From an uncultured bacterium (GTDB lineage: Bacteria > Electryoneota > AABM5-125-24 > Hatepunaeales > Hatepunaeaceae): a DNA stretch of 22,257 nt. The stretch covers positions 1 to 22,257 of the forward strand of contig CAYYHI010000034.1 in the NCBI GenBank assembly GCA_964471745.1, written 5' to 3'. Under the pieces are notes generated by a model that worked only from the letters and a program-made list of their open reading frames with translations, did not search any database and had not been told where the DNA came from. Every line of letters starts with the position of its first letter. The stretch's first letter is position 1. Shown piece after piece: positions 7,400 through 14,310 of this stretch. The position numbers were made by a program, and so were the translations under genes.

Positions 7400-7600
7400 C
7401 AAACCTTCAGCGCCGTGCAGGCAACTTGGTCTATGTTAAGGTTGTTTCCGTTTATTTGTGTTTTCATGTTTTATATACTTCTTAGATGCAGTATAACATA
7501 TTTTTTATTAGGTTCCCGCCAGATTACGACCGCGCTAATACTTTGAAATCCACAAGCCAGAAATCCATCGGTCTTGAAATCTGGCGGGAACTAAAAATGT
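7400..7600 (-). repeat. Second copy of the hutH 5' coding end (7400-7466; intact uORF MKTQINGNNLNIDQVACTALKV*) plus the hutH leader/promoter (U2, 7467-7600), upstream of MTase-nuclease B.
   Basis: Direct comparison with 3815-4020 gives ~85-90% identity. The uORF stops 19 nt before the MTase B ATG. Confidence 0.75.
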
Positions 7601-7610
7601 ACAGGACCTC

Positions 7611-7690
7611 ATCATTCCATCGAAAGATGGAATCCAGTAACGTACGTAATATCAGCAACTTCTCTGGATTCCAACTTCCGTTGGAATGAT
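7611..7690. terminator. Paired related hairpins (ATTCCATC-GAAA-GATGGAAT and ATTCCAAC-TTCC-GTTGGAAT) with an alternative central pairing (GGAATCCAG...CTGGATTCC). This is the likely terminator region after the aminotransferase-fusion gene.
   Basis: Inverted repeats read from the sequence. The region lies between the fusion-gene stop (7747) and U2. Confidence 0.4.
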
Positions 7691-7746
7691 GAATCCCGAG
7701 ACGATTAGGTATTTTCGGACACACTGTTTCGCGGGAATGACAGTGG

Positions 7747-10086
7747 TTACTTATTTATTATCTCCCAGATCCTTTCCTTCGCTTCAGCGAGCTCCATACT
7801 CTCGGTGTTGACGATATAAAGCGGAACAGCATCCAGCAGTCTATTCCACTGGCGGCGCAGCAGATCCATGCGCGCGGCGTCGCTAACCAGGAGATACGGA
7901 TTGTAGAACGGAACCGAGAACCACCGTCCGTGCGACATCGAATAACCGCCCTCTTCGATTATGCGCAGCGCGGCGTCAGTTGACGGTTTGTCTACCTTCG
8001 GCGCCATGGTGTCCCTCTTCAGCAGGATTATGGAGCTTAGCAGCGTCCGCTTGATATGCCTGGCTGAACCGCCGATCCAGTATGGGTCGAGTATGGCGAA
8101 TGAATTGCGCGATCCCTCATAGCAGCAGGCTGCGCCCTGTTCGAGTGGGCATTCGCTGCTGACCAGATGCTTTTCTGCCTGGCAATCGTCCGACTTCGTG
8201 ACGACGTTCTCCAGCTTGGATCGGTCGAATAAGGGCATCAACTCCGGAAGCTTTCCTGCCAGGTTGGTATGTATCAGGAACTTACGCTCAACCGAATCGG
8301 CGATCGGCGAACCTCCAGCCTGACGGACGAAGAACCCGTCGTAGCTGTGCAATCGGGCTTCCTGACGGCGCATCAGACCGGCGAAATGAGTCGAACCACC
8401 TGTCCCCGGCGGCGCAATCAGGGCAACGCCCCGACCGTTGACATCAAAGCACGAGCCGACAACAAGGTGCATGTCGAACGTGCGCGAGGCGATGTCATCG
8501 ACAATACCCAACGTCATGGCACGCAACTGCGGATAGAAGGCGGTGTTGAACGTCAAACCGGTACGTGTCTGAGAGTTATAGAAAACGCGCGCTTCCCGTC
8601 CCGGCGCATCCTTGACACCGTACAGCAAACCGTGAGGTTCGAGATCCGACTCGATTGGCGATGGATACCAGTTCTCCGTCCAGAAGTCGATGAGATGCGG
8701 TGAGTTCGTCATCATCTTCACTACAACACCGCCGATGTTGGCGCACCATTCGTGATAGCGGTCGTATGTCATTGCTGCTTCAGCCTCAGAAACGAGCGCG
8801 TCGCGCATCTCTATTTCGATAGCTGTTTCCAGTTCGGAATAATCCTTGATCTTGGTCACTGTGTTGTTTAACGCCCGCCGCTTGGCTTTGGTAGTCGGTT
8901 TCAGCCATGCCAGCGCCTCGGTTACCCTGTCCAGCGCAATAGCCAGATTCTCCTGCGATGTCGCATACGAGAAGCGGATGAAATTGTCCGCACCGAACGC
9001 ATCACCGGGTACGAGCGCTACGTGGGCGTGCTTCAGAAGGTAGTATGCCAGTCCGCTGGAATTGCGTATCGGTACGCCTTCGAACTGCTTGTCGTAGTAC
9101 CACGAGAAATTCGGGAAGGCATAGAACGCGCCCTCAGGCTTGTTGCAGGATACGTGCGGCATGCCGTTCAGCTTATAGATCACGAAGTTACGCCGTGCTT
9201 CGAACTCCTGGCGCATCCGAACGATTTCGTGCTGCGGTCCGGTCAGCGCTTCCACGCCCGCCCACTGCGCGACCGAATTGGGATTGGAGGTGGCGTGCGA
9301 CTGTACCTTGGACATGCCCTGAATCAGTTCCAGAGGTCCCACTGCATAGCCGAGTCGCCAGCCGGTCATCGCGTAGGATTTCGAGAAGCCGCAGACAATG
9401 ATCGACTTGCTTCTGACCTTCTCGCCAAATGCAGCGACCGATTTCATCTCGAATCCGTCGTAAACGAGCTTTTCGTAAATCTCATCGGCGATGATAAACA
9501 AGCCTTCATCCATACAGACGTCGATAAGCTTCAGCAACTGATCCGGGTTATAGGCAGCGCCGGTGGGGTTGCACGGGTTGTTGAGGATAATGGCTTTGGT
9601 TCGGGCAGATAAGGCACGTCCCAGGTCTTCGGTTGTCAGCCGGAAACCGTTTTCCTCGCGTGTATTGACGTAGATCGGCACTCCCTTGGCGAGGTTCACC
9701 ATGTGCGGATATGACACCCAGTATGGCACCGGCACAATGACCTCGTCGCCCTTGTTCAGCAACGCGGTGCAGGCGTTGAACAGGCACTGCTTGCCACCCG
9801 TAGAGACGATCACCTCGCCCGGTTTGTAATCTGCACTGCATTCATCGCTGTACTTGCGGGCGATGGCTTCGCGCAGCTCCAGAATGCCGGTGTTGTCGGT
9901 GTATTTCGTATAGTTCTTGTCGAGAGCCGCTTTCGCCGCGTTCTTAATGTTCTCCGGCGTGGGAAAATCAGGCTCACCGACGGAAAGGTTTATGACATCG
10001 ATCCCTTCGCGCCGCATCTGCTGCGCCTTGGAGCTGATGCGCAAGGTCGACGAAAAGCCTATGCGTTGTACTCGGTCTGATAACAT
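7747..10086 (-). CDS. Fusion protein: N-terminal aspartate/aromatic aminotransferase (PLP fold type I), joined to a C-terminal ~380-aa extension containing an HprK-C/PEPCK-like domain with a degenerate P-loop.
   Basis: AspAT hallmarks are present in the first ~400 aa: SVGEPDF, NNPCNPTG, the PLP-lysine block FSKSYAMTGWRLGY, and RFSYA. The C-terminal part has GRGVALIAPPGTGGSTHFAGLMRRQEARLHSYDGFFV. This resembles the HPr-kinase C-domain G-x-GVLI-G-SG-GKSE..L...G..LV-DD but lacks the Walker-A Lys. It is one uninterrupted 779-codon frame. Confidence 0.7.
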   Translation of the reverse strand: MLSDRVQRIGFSSTLRISSKAQQMRREGIDVINLSVGEPDFPTPENIKNAAKAALDKNYTKYTDNTGILELREAIARKYSDECSADYKPGEVIVSTGGKQCLFNACTALLNKGDEVIVPVPYWVSYPHMVNLAKGVPIYVNTREENGFRLTTEDLGRALSARTKAIILNNPCNPTGAAYNPDQLLKLIDVCMDEGLFIIADEIYEKLVYDGFEMKSVAAFGEKVRSKSIIVCGFSKSYAMTGWRLGYAVGPLELIQGMSKVQSHATSNPNSVAQWAGVEALTGPQHEIVRMRQEFEARRNFVIYKLNGMPHVSCNKPEGAFYAFPNFSWYYDKQFEGVPIRNSSGLAYYLLKHAHVALVPGDAFGADNFIRFSYATSQENLAIALDRVTEALAWLKPTTKAKRRALNNTVTKIKDYSELETAIEIEMRDALVSEAEAAMTYDRYHEWCANIGGVVVKMMTNSPHLIDFWTENWYPSPIESDLEPHGLLYGVKDAPGREARVFYNSQTRTGLTFNTAFYPQLRAMTLGIVDDIASRTFDMHLVVGSCFDVNGRGVALIAPPGTGGSTHFAGLMRRQEARLHSYDGFFVRQAGGSPIADSVERKFLIHTNLAGKLPELMPLFDRSKLENVVTKSDDCQAEKHLVSSECPLEQGAACCYEGSRNSFAILDPYWIGGSARHIKRTLLSSIILLKRDTMAPKVDKPSTDAALRIIEEGGYSMSHGRWFSVPFYNPYLLVSDAARMDLLRRQWNRLLDAVPLYIVNTESMELAEAKERIWEIINK

Positions 10087-10183
10087 GTTATTTAAATTTC
10101 ACTTTGAAAGGATTTTTCAATTGTCTCATTATTTCATTGTTGTATTGTTATATTGTTGTATTGTTAGAGATTATAGTTTAGTT

Positions 10184-10345
10184 TTAATGGTTGATTTTAT
10201 TAGAATTAAACATCAAATCAATATCACTCTCAAATTCCTCCTCCCCCCGAGCCACCGAACCGAACAGAGCCAGGCGTTTGACCTTGAGCTCTTTTAACTT
10301 GTTACGGTGCTCAATGAGAAGGTTGAGTATATTGGAGCGAATCAT
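10184..10345 (-). pseudogene. Truncated MntA-like nucleotidyltransferase (53 aa N-terminal fragment: [53 protein letters not shown])
   Basis: Contains the GSxxRG and DxD minimal-NTase motifs but stops after ~53 aa. It lies 7 nt downstream of hepT. Confidence 0.55.
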
Positions 10346-10352
10346 AGGTGTT

Positions 10353-10733
10353 TCAATCCATCCAATATTCGGTGACTATCTTATCCAACTTTTCGCGCAG
10401 TAAGGGAACATCATCGGTAATGGTTGTCCAGACCCGGTTCAAATCAATCCTGTAGTAGGCATGTATCAGGCGGTTGCGCATCCCGATGATGTCCTCCCAT
10501 GGAATGTCGGAGAATTCACGCCGGACTTCGGGCGAGACCTTGGAAGCTGCCTCACCGATCAACTCAATGGCTTTCACAACCCCAAGCTCCAACAGGCGAT
10601 CTTTATCCAAATCCCGGCGCGTCTTGCTTTGAGTGAACTGTTCCACATCCCTCGCGGCATCCAGCATGTGCCGCAGCCGGATGAAGTCATCCTTGTGCAT
10701 ACTGCACCTGCGCCGATGAAATAACATCATCAC
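10353..10733 (-). CDS. hepT: HepT-family HEPN toxin (DUF86) of a MntA/HepT type VII toxin-antitoxin pair
   Basis: Carries the R-x4-HxY motif (MRNRLIHAY). The likely start is the internal Met at 10700, which gives a 14-nt overlap with mntA. Confidence 0.8.
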   Translation of the reverse strand: MMMLFHRRRCSMHKDDFIRLRHMLDAARDVEQFTQSKTRRDLDKDRLLELGVVKAIELIGEAASKVSPEVRREFSDIPWEDIIGMRNRLIHAYYRIDLNRVWTTITDDVPLLREKLDKIVTEYWMD

Positions 10734-10986
10734 GGAAATATGGACTTAGGTCGTCCGGTGTCCGAAGGTCAACCTTGCGCCCAAGTATCGCCGACAGTTC
10801 CCGCTCCATTGCCGCCATCCGGAGAAGTCCCACTACCGCTTCGGGTTCAAACTCCACCAGCACGTCAATATCGGAGTCCGGGTGGAATTCCTCCCGAAGC
10901 ACCGACCCGAAGAGTGCCAGTCGTCGGATGCGATGCTTGACGCAGAAGGACTTGATCGCGCGTTTGTCTATGTTGAGCTTGCCCAT
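10687..10986 (-). CDS. mntA: MntA-family minimal nucleotidyltransferase antitoxin
   Basis: Contains [24 protein letters not shown] (GS..R...x..SDxD). It is ~99 aa and sits immediately upstream of hepT. Confidence 0.8.
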   Translation of the reverse strand: MGKLNIDKRAIKSFCVKHRIRRLALFGSVLREEFHPDSDIDVLVEFEPEAVVGLLRMAAMERELSAILGRKVDLRTPDDLSPYFRDDVISSAQVQYAQG

Positions 10987-11003
10987 TTTACTTTATGTTT
11001 GTA

Positions 11004-11130
11004 TCACAACTTCTCGCGCGACGCCGAGTCTAAGAGCGCCAGGCGTTTGACCTTGAGCTCTTTTAACTTGTCGTGGTTTTTGGTTAGAAGTTGTAAAATA
11101 TCTTCACGAGTCAAAACATTTCTCCCTAAA
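11004..11130 (-). pseudogene. Second MntA-like N-terminal remnant (...LTREDILQLLTKNHDKLKELKVKRLALLDSASREKL*)
   Basis: Shares an exact 34-nt stretch (GCCAGGCGTTTGACCTTGAGCTCTTTTAACTTGT, encoding KLKELKVKRLAL) with the fragment at 10184-10345. The GS motif is lost and a stop follows. Its start is unclear. Confidence 0.4.
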
Positions 11131-11132
11131 AG

Positions 11133-11714
11133 TTAATAGACAATATCTTCAAAATTTATTCCATCTCCTCTAAATTTTTCAATTATTTTGTCATAGGAAA
11201 ATTTCAGGCTTCCAGGCCATAACAAAGGAGCATTTACACTCCCTATTGGTCCCCAGCTCCAACCTCCAGAAGTAAACCCCCCTTGTAAGTAAAGAAATTC
11301 GTGAATTAGATCTCCATCAAAAACGTTATCTTTATCGTTAAAGGATTTCTTAAAACTATCAGCGTCCTCTAGACTTAAATCTACATAAAGGGTTCTAAGA
11401 GATAACATAATCGGTGTCCATCCAGGCCTGGAGTCGCCCCAGACATCCTCTATGCGATAGAGGGAAACGTTCCTTTCCACTTTAGGTTTTAAGTCAACAA
11501 TTAGAGCACTATTTTCTACTGATTGTCCAAGTATCAATAAAATATTTTGCTCGGATAAGTGCCATTTTATACCAGAATCTTTAGGTGCTAGTCCCAAACT
11601 TTGAACATAAGTTGCTATAGGACCTTTTCTGCCAGCAAGTGAGACTTTTTTCAAATAGCTGTAGGTTGATAATTCGCCAGCTTTTTGTTTAACATTGTAA
11701 ATTATGAAAGGCAT
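11133..11714 (-). CDS. Hypothetical protein (193 aa), in an AT-rich segment
   Basis: A long ORF on the same strand as the toxin-antitoxin array, with a plausible SD (AGGAGGTAAAC) upstream of the ATG. There are no recognisable motifs. GC is markedly lower than in flanking genes. Confidence 0.5.
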   Translation of the reverse strand: MPFIIYNVKQKAGELSTYSYLKKVSLAGRKGPIATYVQSLGLAPKDSGIKWHLSEQNILLILGQSVENSALIVDLKPKVERNVSLYRIEDVWGDSRPGWTPIMLSLRTLYVDLSLEDADSFKKSFNDKDNVFDGDLIHEFLYLQGGFTSGGWSWGPIGSVNAPLLWPGSLKFSYDKIIEKFRGDGINFEDIVY

Positions 11715-11764
11715 GTTTACCTCCTCTTAATTGGCATTTGGTAAATTATGCGTTTATTTATAGT

Positions 11765-11826
11765 ACCCTCACCCCATTCTTGACCACCCATCCCGCGAAG
11801 CTGGCGGGGCTGGGGTTGTGGGGGGC
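11765..11826. repeat. Imperfect-palindromic C/G-rich REP-like element (copy 1)
   Basis: ACCCTCACCCCATTCTTGACCACCCATCCCGCGAAGCTGGCGGGGCTGGGGTTGTGGGGGG. It is closely related to 12432-12486. Confidence 0.6.
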
Positions 11827-11875
11827 TCATAGAAGGGTACAGTGCCACGCCCTCATTCCTTAACCCAACTATTCC

Positions 11876-12100
11876 TCATGCAGTAGCTATTCTTTCCAAC
11901 GTAACTTCCTCAAACGCCTGAATAATCAGTTGGCGTATGTCGGTTTTTTCAGATGCGTCAAGAATTTCGATTGCAACCACATTACCATCATGGTCATAAT
12001 CGACGATCATGTCCTGGTTGATTTCGTCTGAGTTGCCGATCTCGGTCTCCCTCAAACGAATATACAGCGCATCCGCTTCTTTCGAATAACGAATTCTCAT
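11876..12100 (-). CDS. DUF2283-family protein (putative antitoxin partner of DUF4258)
   Basis: YSKEADALYIRL signature (YDxEaDaLYI). 74 aa. Lies 2 nt downstream of the DUF4258 gene. Confidence 0.65.
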   Translation of the reverse strand: MRIRYSKEADALYIRLRETEIGNSDEINQDMIVDYDHDGNVVAIEILDASEKTDIRQLIIQAFEEVTLERIATA

Positions 12101-12102
12101 TT

Positions 12103-12348
12103 TTATTTTCCTTTCAAGTACTTCCAGATCCTATTAGTGGGATAGACAGTGATCAGTTTCTTATTTTCTGTGACTAAGCGTATCAATTTATTACCAATCA
12201 GTTTCTGGTAAATGAGGCGGTTCCTTTTACCGATTACAATATCATCGGGATTCACAAGAACATCATGAATTAACTCACGTGGTATCTTTCTCTCTTTCAA
12301 TTGTTGAACAATATGATCCGTCCAAATCCATTCTTTCAGCTTTTTCAT
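12103..12348 (-). CDS. DUF4258-family protein (putative toxin)
   Basis: TDHIVQQLKERKIPRELIHDVL and ...KLITVY match the DUF4258 pattern. 81 aa. Confidence 0.6.
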   Translation of the reverse strand: MKKLKEWIWTDHIVQQLKERKIPRELIHDVLVNPDDIVIGKRNRLIYQKLIGNKLIRLVTENKKLITVYPTNRIWKYLKGK

Positions 12349-12424
12349 TTAAGATCCAACGAAAATTGCCTGAAGAAGCCAATTTATATGAAATTAGACA
12401 GATACGGAGCCCCGTCCTCCTGTT

Positions 12425-12748
12425 TTAAGCAACCCTCACCCCATTCCTCACCACCCATCCGGCAAAACATGCGGGGCTGGGATTGGGCAGTTCAGCAGCG
12501 TCAAAGAAGTGGAGGTCAATGTCGTCGCCCTCTGCTTCCTTAACCCGGCAGCTTGTTTTCACCTGTTTCATCAGCGTCCATTTACTGAAGTTATCTACAA
12601 AAAGAGCGATGTCCAGATCGCTGTATTCGTCTGAACTACCATCCACTTGCGACCCGAAAATATAAACGGCATTGATATTGGTCTTGCTGCCAAGTAGTTT
12701 AATTACTTGGTTTACCCGCAATGTCAGTAAAGATTTGTCAACAACCAT
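12425..12748 (-). CDS. Minimal nucleotidyltransferase (MNT) of a HEPN/MNT pair
   Basis: YIFGSQVDGSSDEYSDLDIALFV. The 3' end of the ORF runs into REP-like repeat copy 2. Confidence 0.75.
   Translation of the reverse strand: MVVDKSLLTLRVNQVIKLLGSKTNINAVYIFGSQVDGSSDEYSDLDIALFVDNFSKWTLMKQVKTSCRVKEAEGDDIDLHFFDAAELPNPSPACFAGWVVRNGVRVA
12432..12486. repeat. REP-like palindromic element (copy 2)
   Basis: ACCCTCACCCCATTCCTCACCACCCATCCGGCAAAACATGCGGGGCTGGGATTGG. It is preceded by TACGGAGCCCCGTCCTCCTG, which also occurs at 4103-4122. Confidence 0.6.
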
Positions 12749-12832
12749 CCGTATAACTCCTTGGTTGCTTTCAAGTATTTTTCAGTGGTTTGTCTGGTCA
12801 GCTTCAAATCAATCTGAAGCGGATACCTGGTT

Positions 12833-13114
12833 CTAACATAGATAATCGGATAGTTCCCGCAGGAGGGAGACCTGAGTAGCTTCCAAGTCAAGCCCAGCTT
12901 TCTCGATTAATGTCACGAGATTGTGAATACGTGGCGCAAGCTCCCCACTATCCTTTATAATTAAGGCTTTAATGAGTTTCTCCAGTGCCTGTTGACAGCA
13001 GAACAAGACATAGAGGTAGCGTCTTGCAACTTGCATAGCTTCTGCAGTCTTCAAGTCATATTCGGCTTTCTCAAGCCATCGTTTGACTTCCTTACTGTCC
13101 AATCCTGCCTGCAT
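12833..13114 (-). CDS. HEPN-domain protein (partner of the downstream MNT)
   Basis: QQALEKLIKALIIK...RIHNLVTL, the HEPN QAvEKalKA / HdL pattern. The start is chosen at the Met at 13114, 2 nt after the stop of the upstream OMP-like gene. Confidence 0.75.
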   Translation of the reverse strand: MQAGLDSKEVKRWLEKAEYDLKTAEAMQVARRYLYVLFCCQQALEKLIKALIIKDSGELAPRIHNLVTLIEKAGLDLEATQVSLLRELSDYLC

Positions 13115-13116
13115 TC

Positions 13117-13722
13117 TTAAAACCTCACACCAACGATGAGTGGCACCGTGATGGGCATCGTGGCTGACCCGAAAGGCGAAACACGCCAATTAATCTCCGC
13201 GAAAAACGCCAGATTGTCGCTGATTTCCAGATCGGCGCCGAAACCCATTCCAAATGAGGCACCATTCGGTACGCCAATCCCACAAAAGAACTTAAATACG
13301 GGCATGAAGGGTGTCCTTCGAAGTCCACCGTAGTCGCTGAAGCGCAAGGTGACATCGAGCCCTGCTTCATGATAGTAAACGTCAGGCTCAGATTTGTAAC
13401 CGACCATGCACGGCACAACATAAGGAGGGCAGGGATTAGCTTCACGGTTGTTTAGTCTGTATCCATCGGGCACAATGACCAGACGAGGCTCCACTGCCAG
13501 AGCTAAGGTATTCTTTATTACACTACCAAAACCAGCCGAGAACAGGTAACCTTTGGTTGCATAATCATCGTCACCATCACGGGAATGTGGATAAACAACC
13601 ACACCGCTGTTTACCATCCGGAATGACTGGGCTTCCGTAAGTTCAGGGATCGTGGATAATAGACATACCAGTAGCAATAACTTGAGCGATTGAAACAATC
13701 GAAATCTCATATTGCGAGACAT
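13117..13722 (-). CDS. Putative small outer-membrane beta-barrel protein (signal peptide, alternating amphipathic strands, C-terminal ...VRF)
   Basis: N-terminal signal (LKLLLLVCLLSTIPELTEA). Ends in an aromatic residue (F), as typical for OMPs. No specific family was recognised. Confidence 0.4.
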   Translation of the reverse strand: MSRNMRFRLFQSLKLLLLVCLLSTIPELTEAQSFRMVNSGVVVYPHSRDGDDDYATKGYLFSAGFGSVIKNTLALAVEPRLVIVPDGYRLNNREANPCPPYVVPCMVGYKSEPDVYYHEAGLDVTLRFSDYGGLRRTPFMPVFKFFCGIGVPNGASFGMGFGADLEISDNLAFFAEINWRVSPFGSATMPITVPLIVGVRF

Positions 13723-13729
13723 CAGAAAG

Positions 13730-13942
13730 TTATTTCACTGAATCCCACTCAGTTTCTGAAATTCCAGCTACTTTTAGGATTCGCTTAAGTAAACCTATAG
13801 AAATATCCTTGCTGTGCGGATTTGTGATGCTGATATAGAGTTCGCCTCTTCTCATATGAGGATGCTTTCCACCTGGTCTTGGTCCTTCAAATCCCAAAGC
13901 CCTTAAACGTCTTATCAGTTCCCGTCTCGAAACAGGCTTCAC
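13730..13942 (-). CDS. hicA: HicA mRNA-interferase toxin
   Basis: RELIRRLRALGF...GGKHPHM...NPHSKDISIGLLKRILKVAGI matches HicA (YcfA-like). 70 aa. Confidence 0.8.
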   Translation of the reverse strand: MKPVSRRELIRRLRALGFEGPRPGGKHPHMRRGELYISITNPHSKDISIGLLKRILKVAGISETEWDSVK

Positions 13943-14202
13943 TTAAAATCAGCAACAGTTTTGGGATTTTCTGCAACCGTTATACCATCGATTTCAGGCA
14001 CGGGAACATTGTCACGAATGTGAGCCCATATCCAGTCTTCGATGACTTCTGCGAGCGTACCCCGACACTCTTCCAAAGTCCTTCCCTCCGACCACACACC
14101 TTTGAGCCCCGGGACTGAACCAAAATAAAGGTCATCCTCGTCGATAAACTCATAATGTGCTTTACGCAGTGCGGCTTGAATATATTCTATGATCATCAGC
14201 AA
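13939..14202 (-). CDS. hicB: HicB antitoxin
   Basis: YFGSVPGLKGVWSEGRTLEEC (UPF0150/HicB N-domain pattern). 4-nt overlap with hicA. Confidence 0.72.
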   Translation of the reverse strand: MLMIIEYIQAALRKAHYEFIDEDDLYFGSVPGLKGVWSEGRTLEECRGTLAEVIEDWIWAHIRDNVPVPEIDGITVAENPKTVADFK

Positions 14203-14310
14203 TCCACAGTTGAAATTGTTCCGTTATCACATAGTTATCATGGTTCTTCATTTCTACCGTTCGCGAAGAAGAGCCACAAGGTGATAGAACATAAAATCCG
14301 AAGTTTAGAC

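Noticed and set aside
8269-9841. Several plus-strand and alternate-frame ORFs (8269-8703, 8846-9043, 9022-9612, 9045-9401, 9548-9841) inside the aminotransferase-fusion gene
   Set aside because: They are antisense or out-of-frame shadows of a GC-rich, well-supported long CDS. They are Arg/Pro-rich and have no motifs.
13125-13445. 106-aa alternative-frame ORF inside the OMP-like gene
   Set aside because: The overlapping frame with a signal peptide and a C-terminal aromatic residue is more credible.
10184-14202. Calling the toxin-antitoxin array a bona fide integron
   Set aside because: No intI/attI is in the window. The interspersed palindromes lack clear R''/R' (RYYYAAC/GTTRRRY) cores. It is kept only as a hypothesis in the findings.
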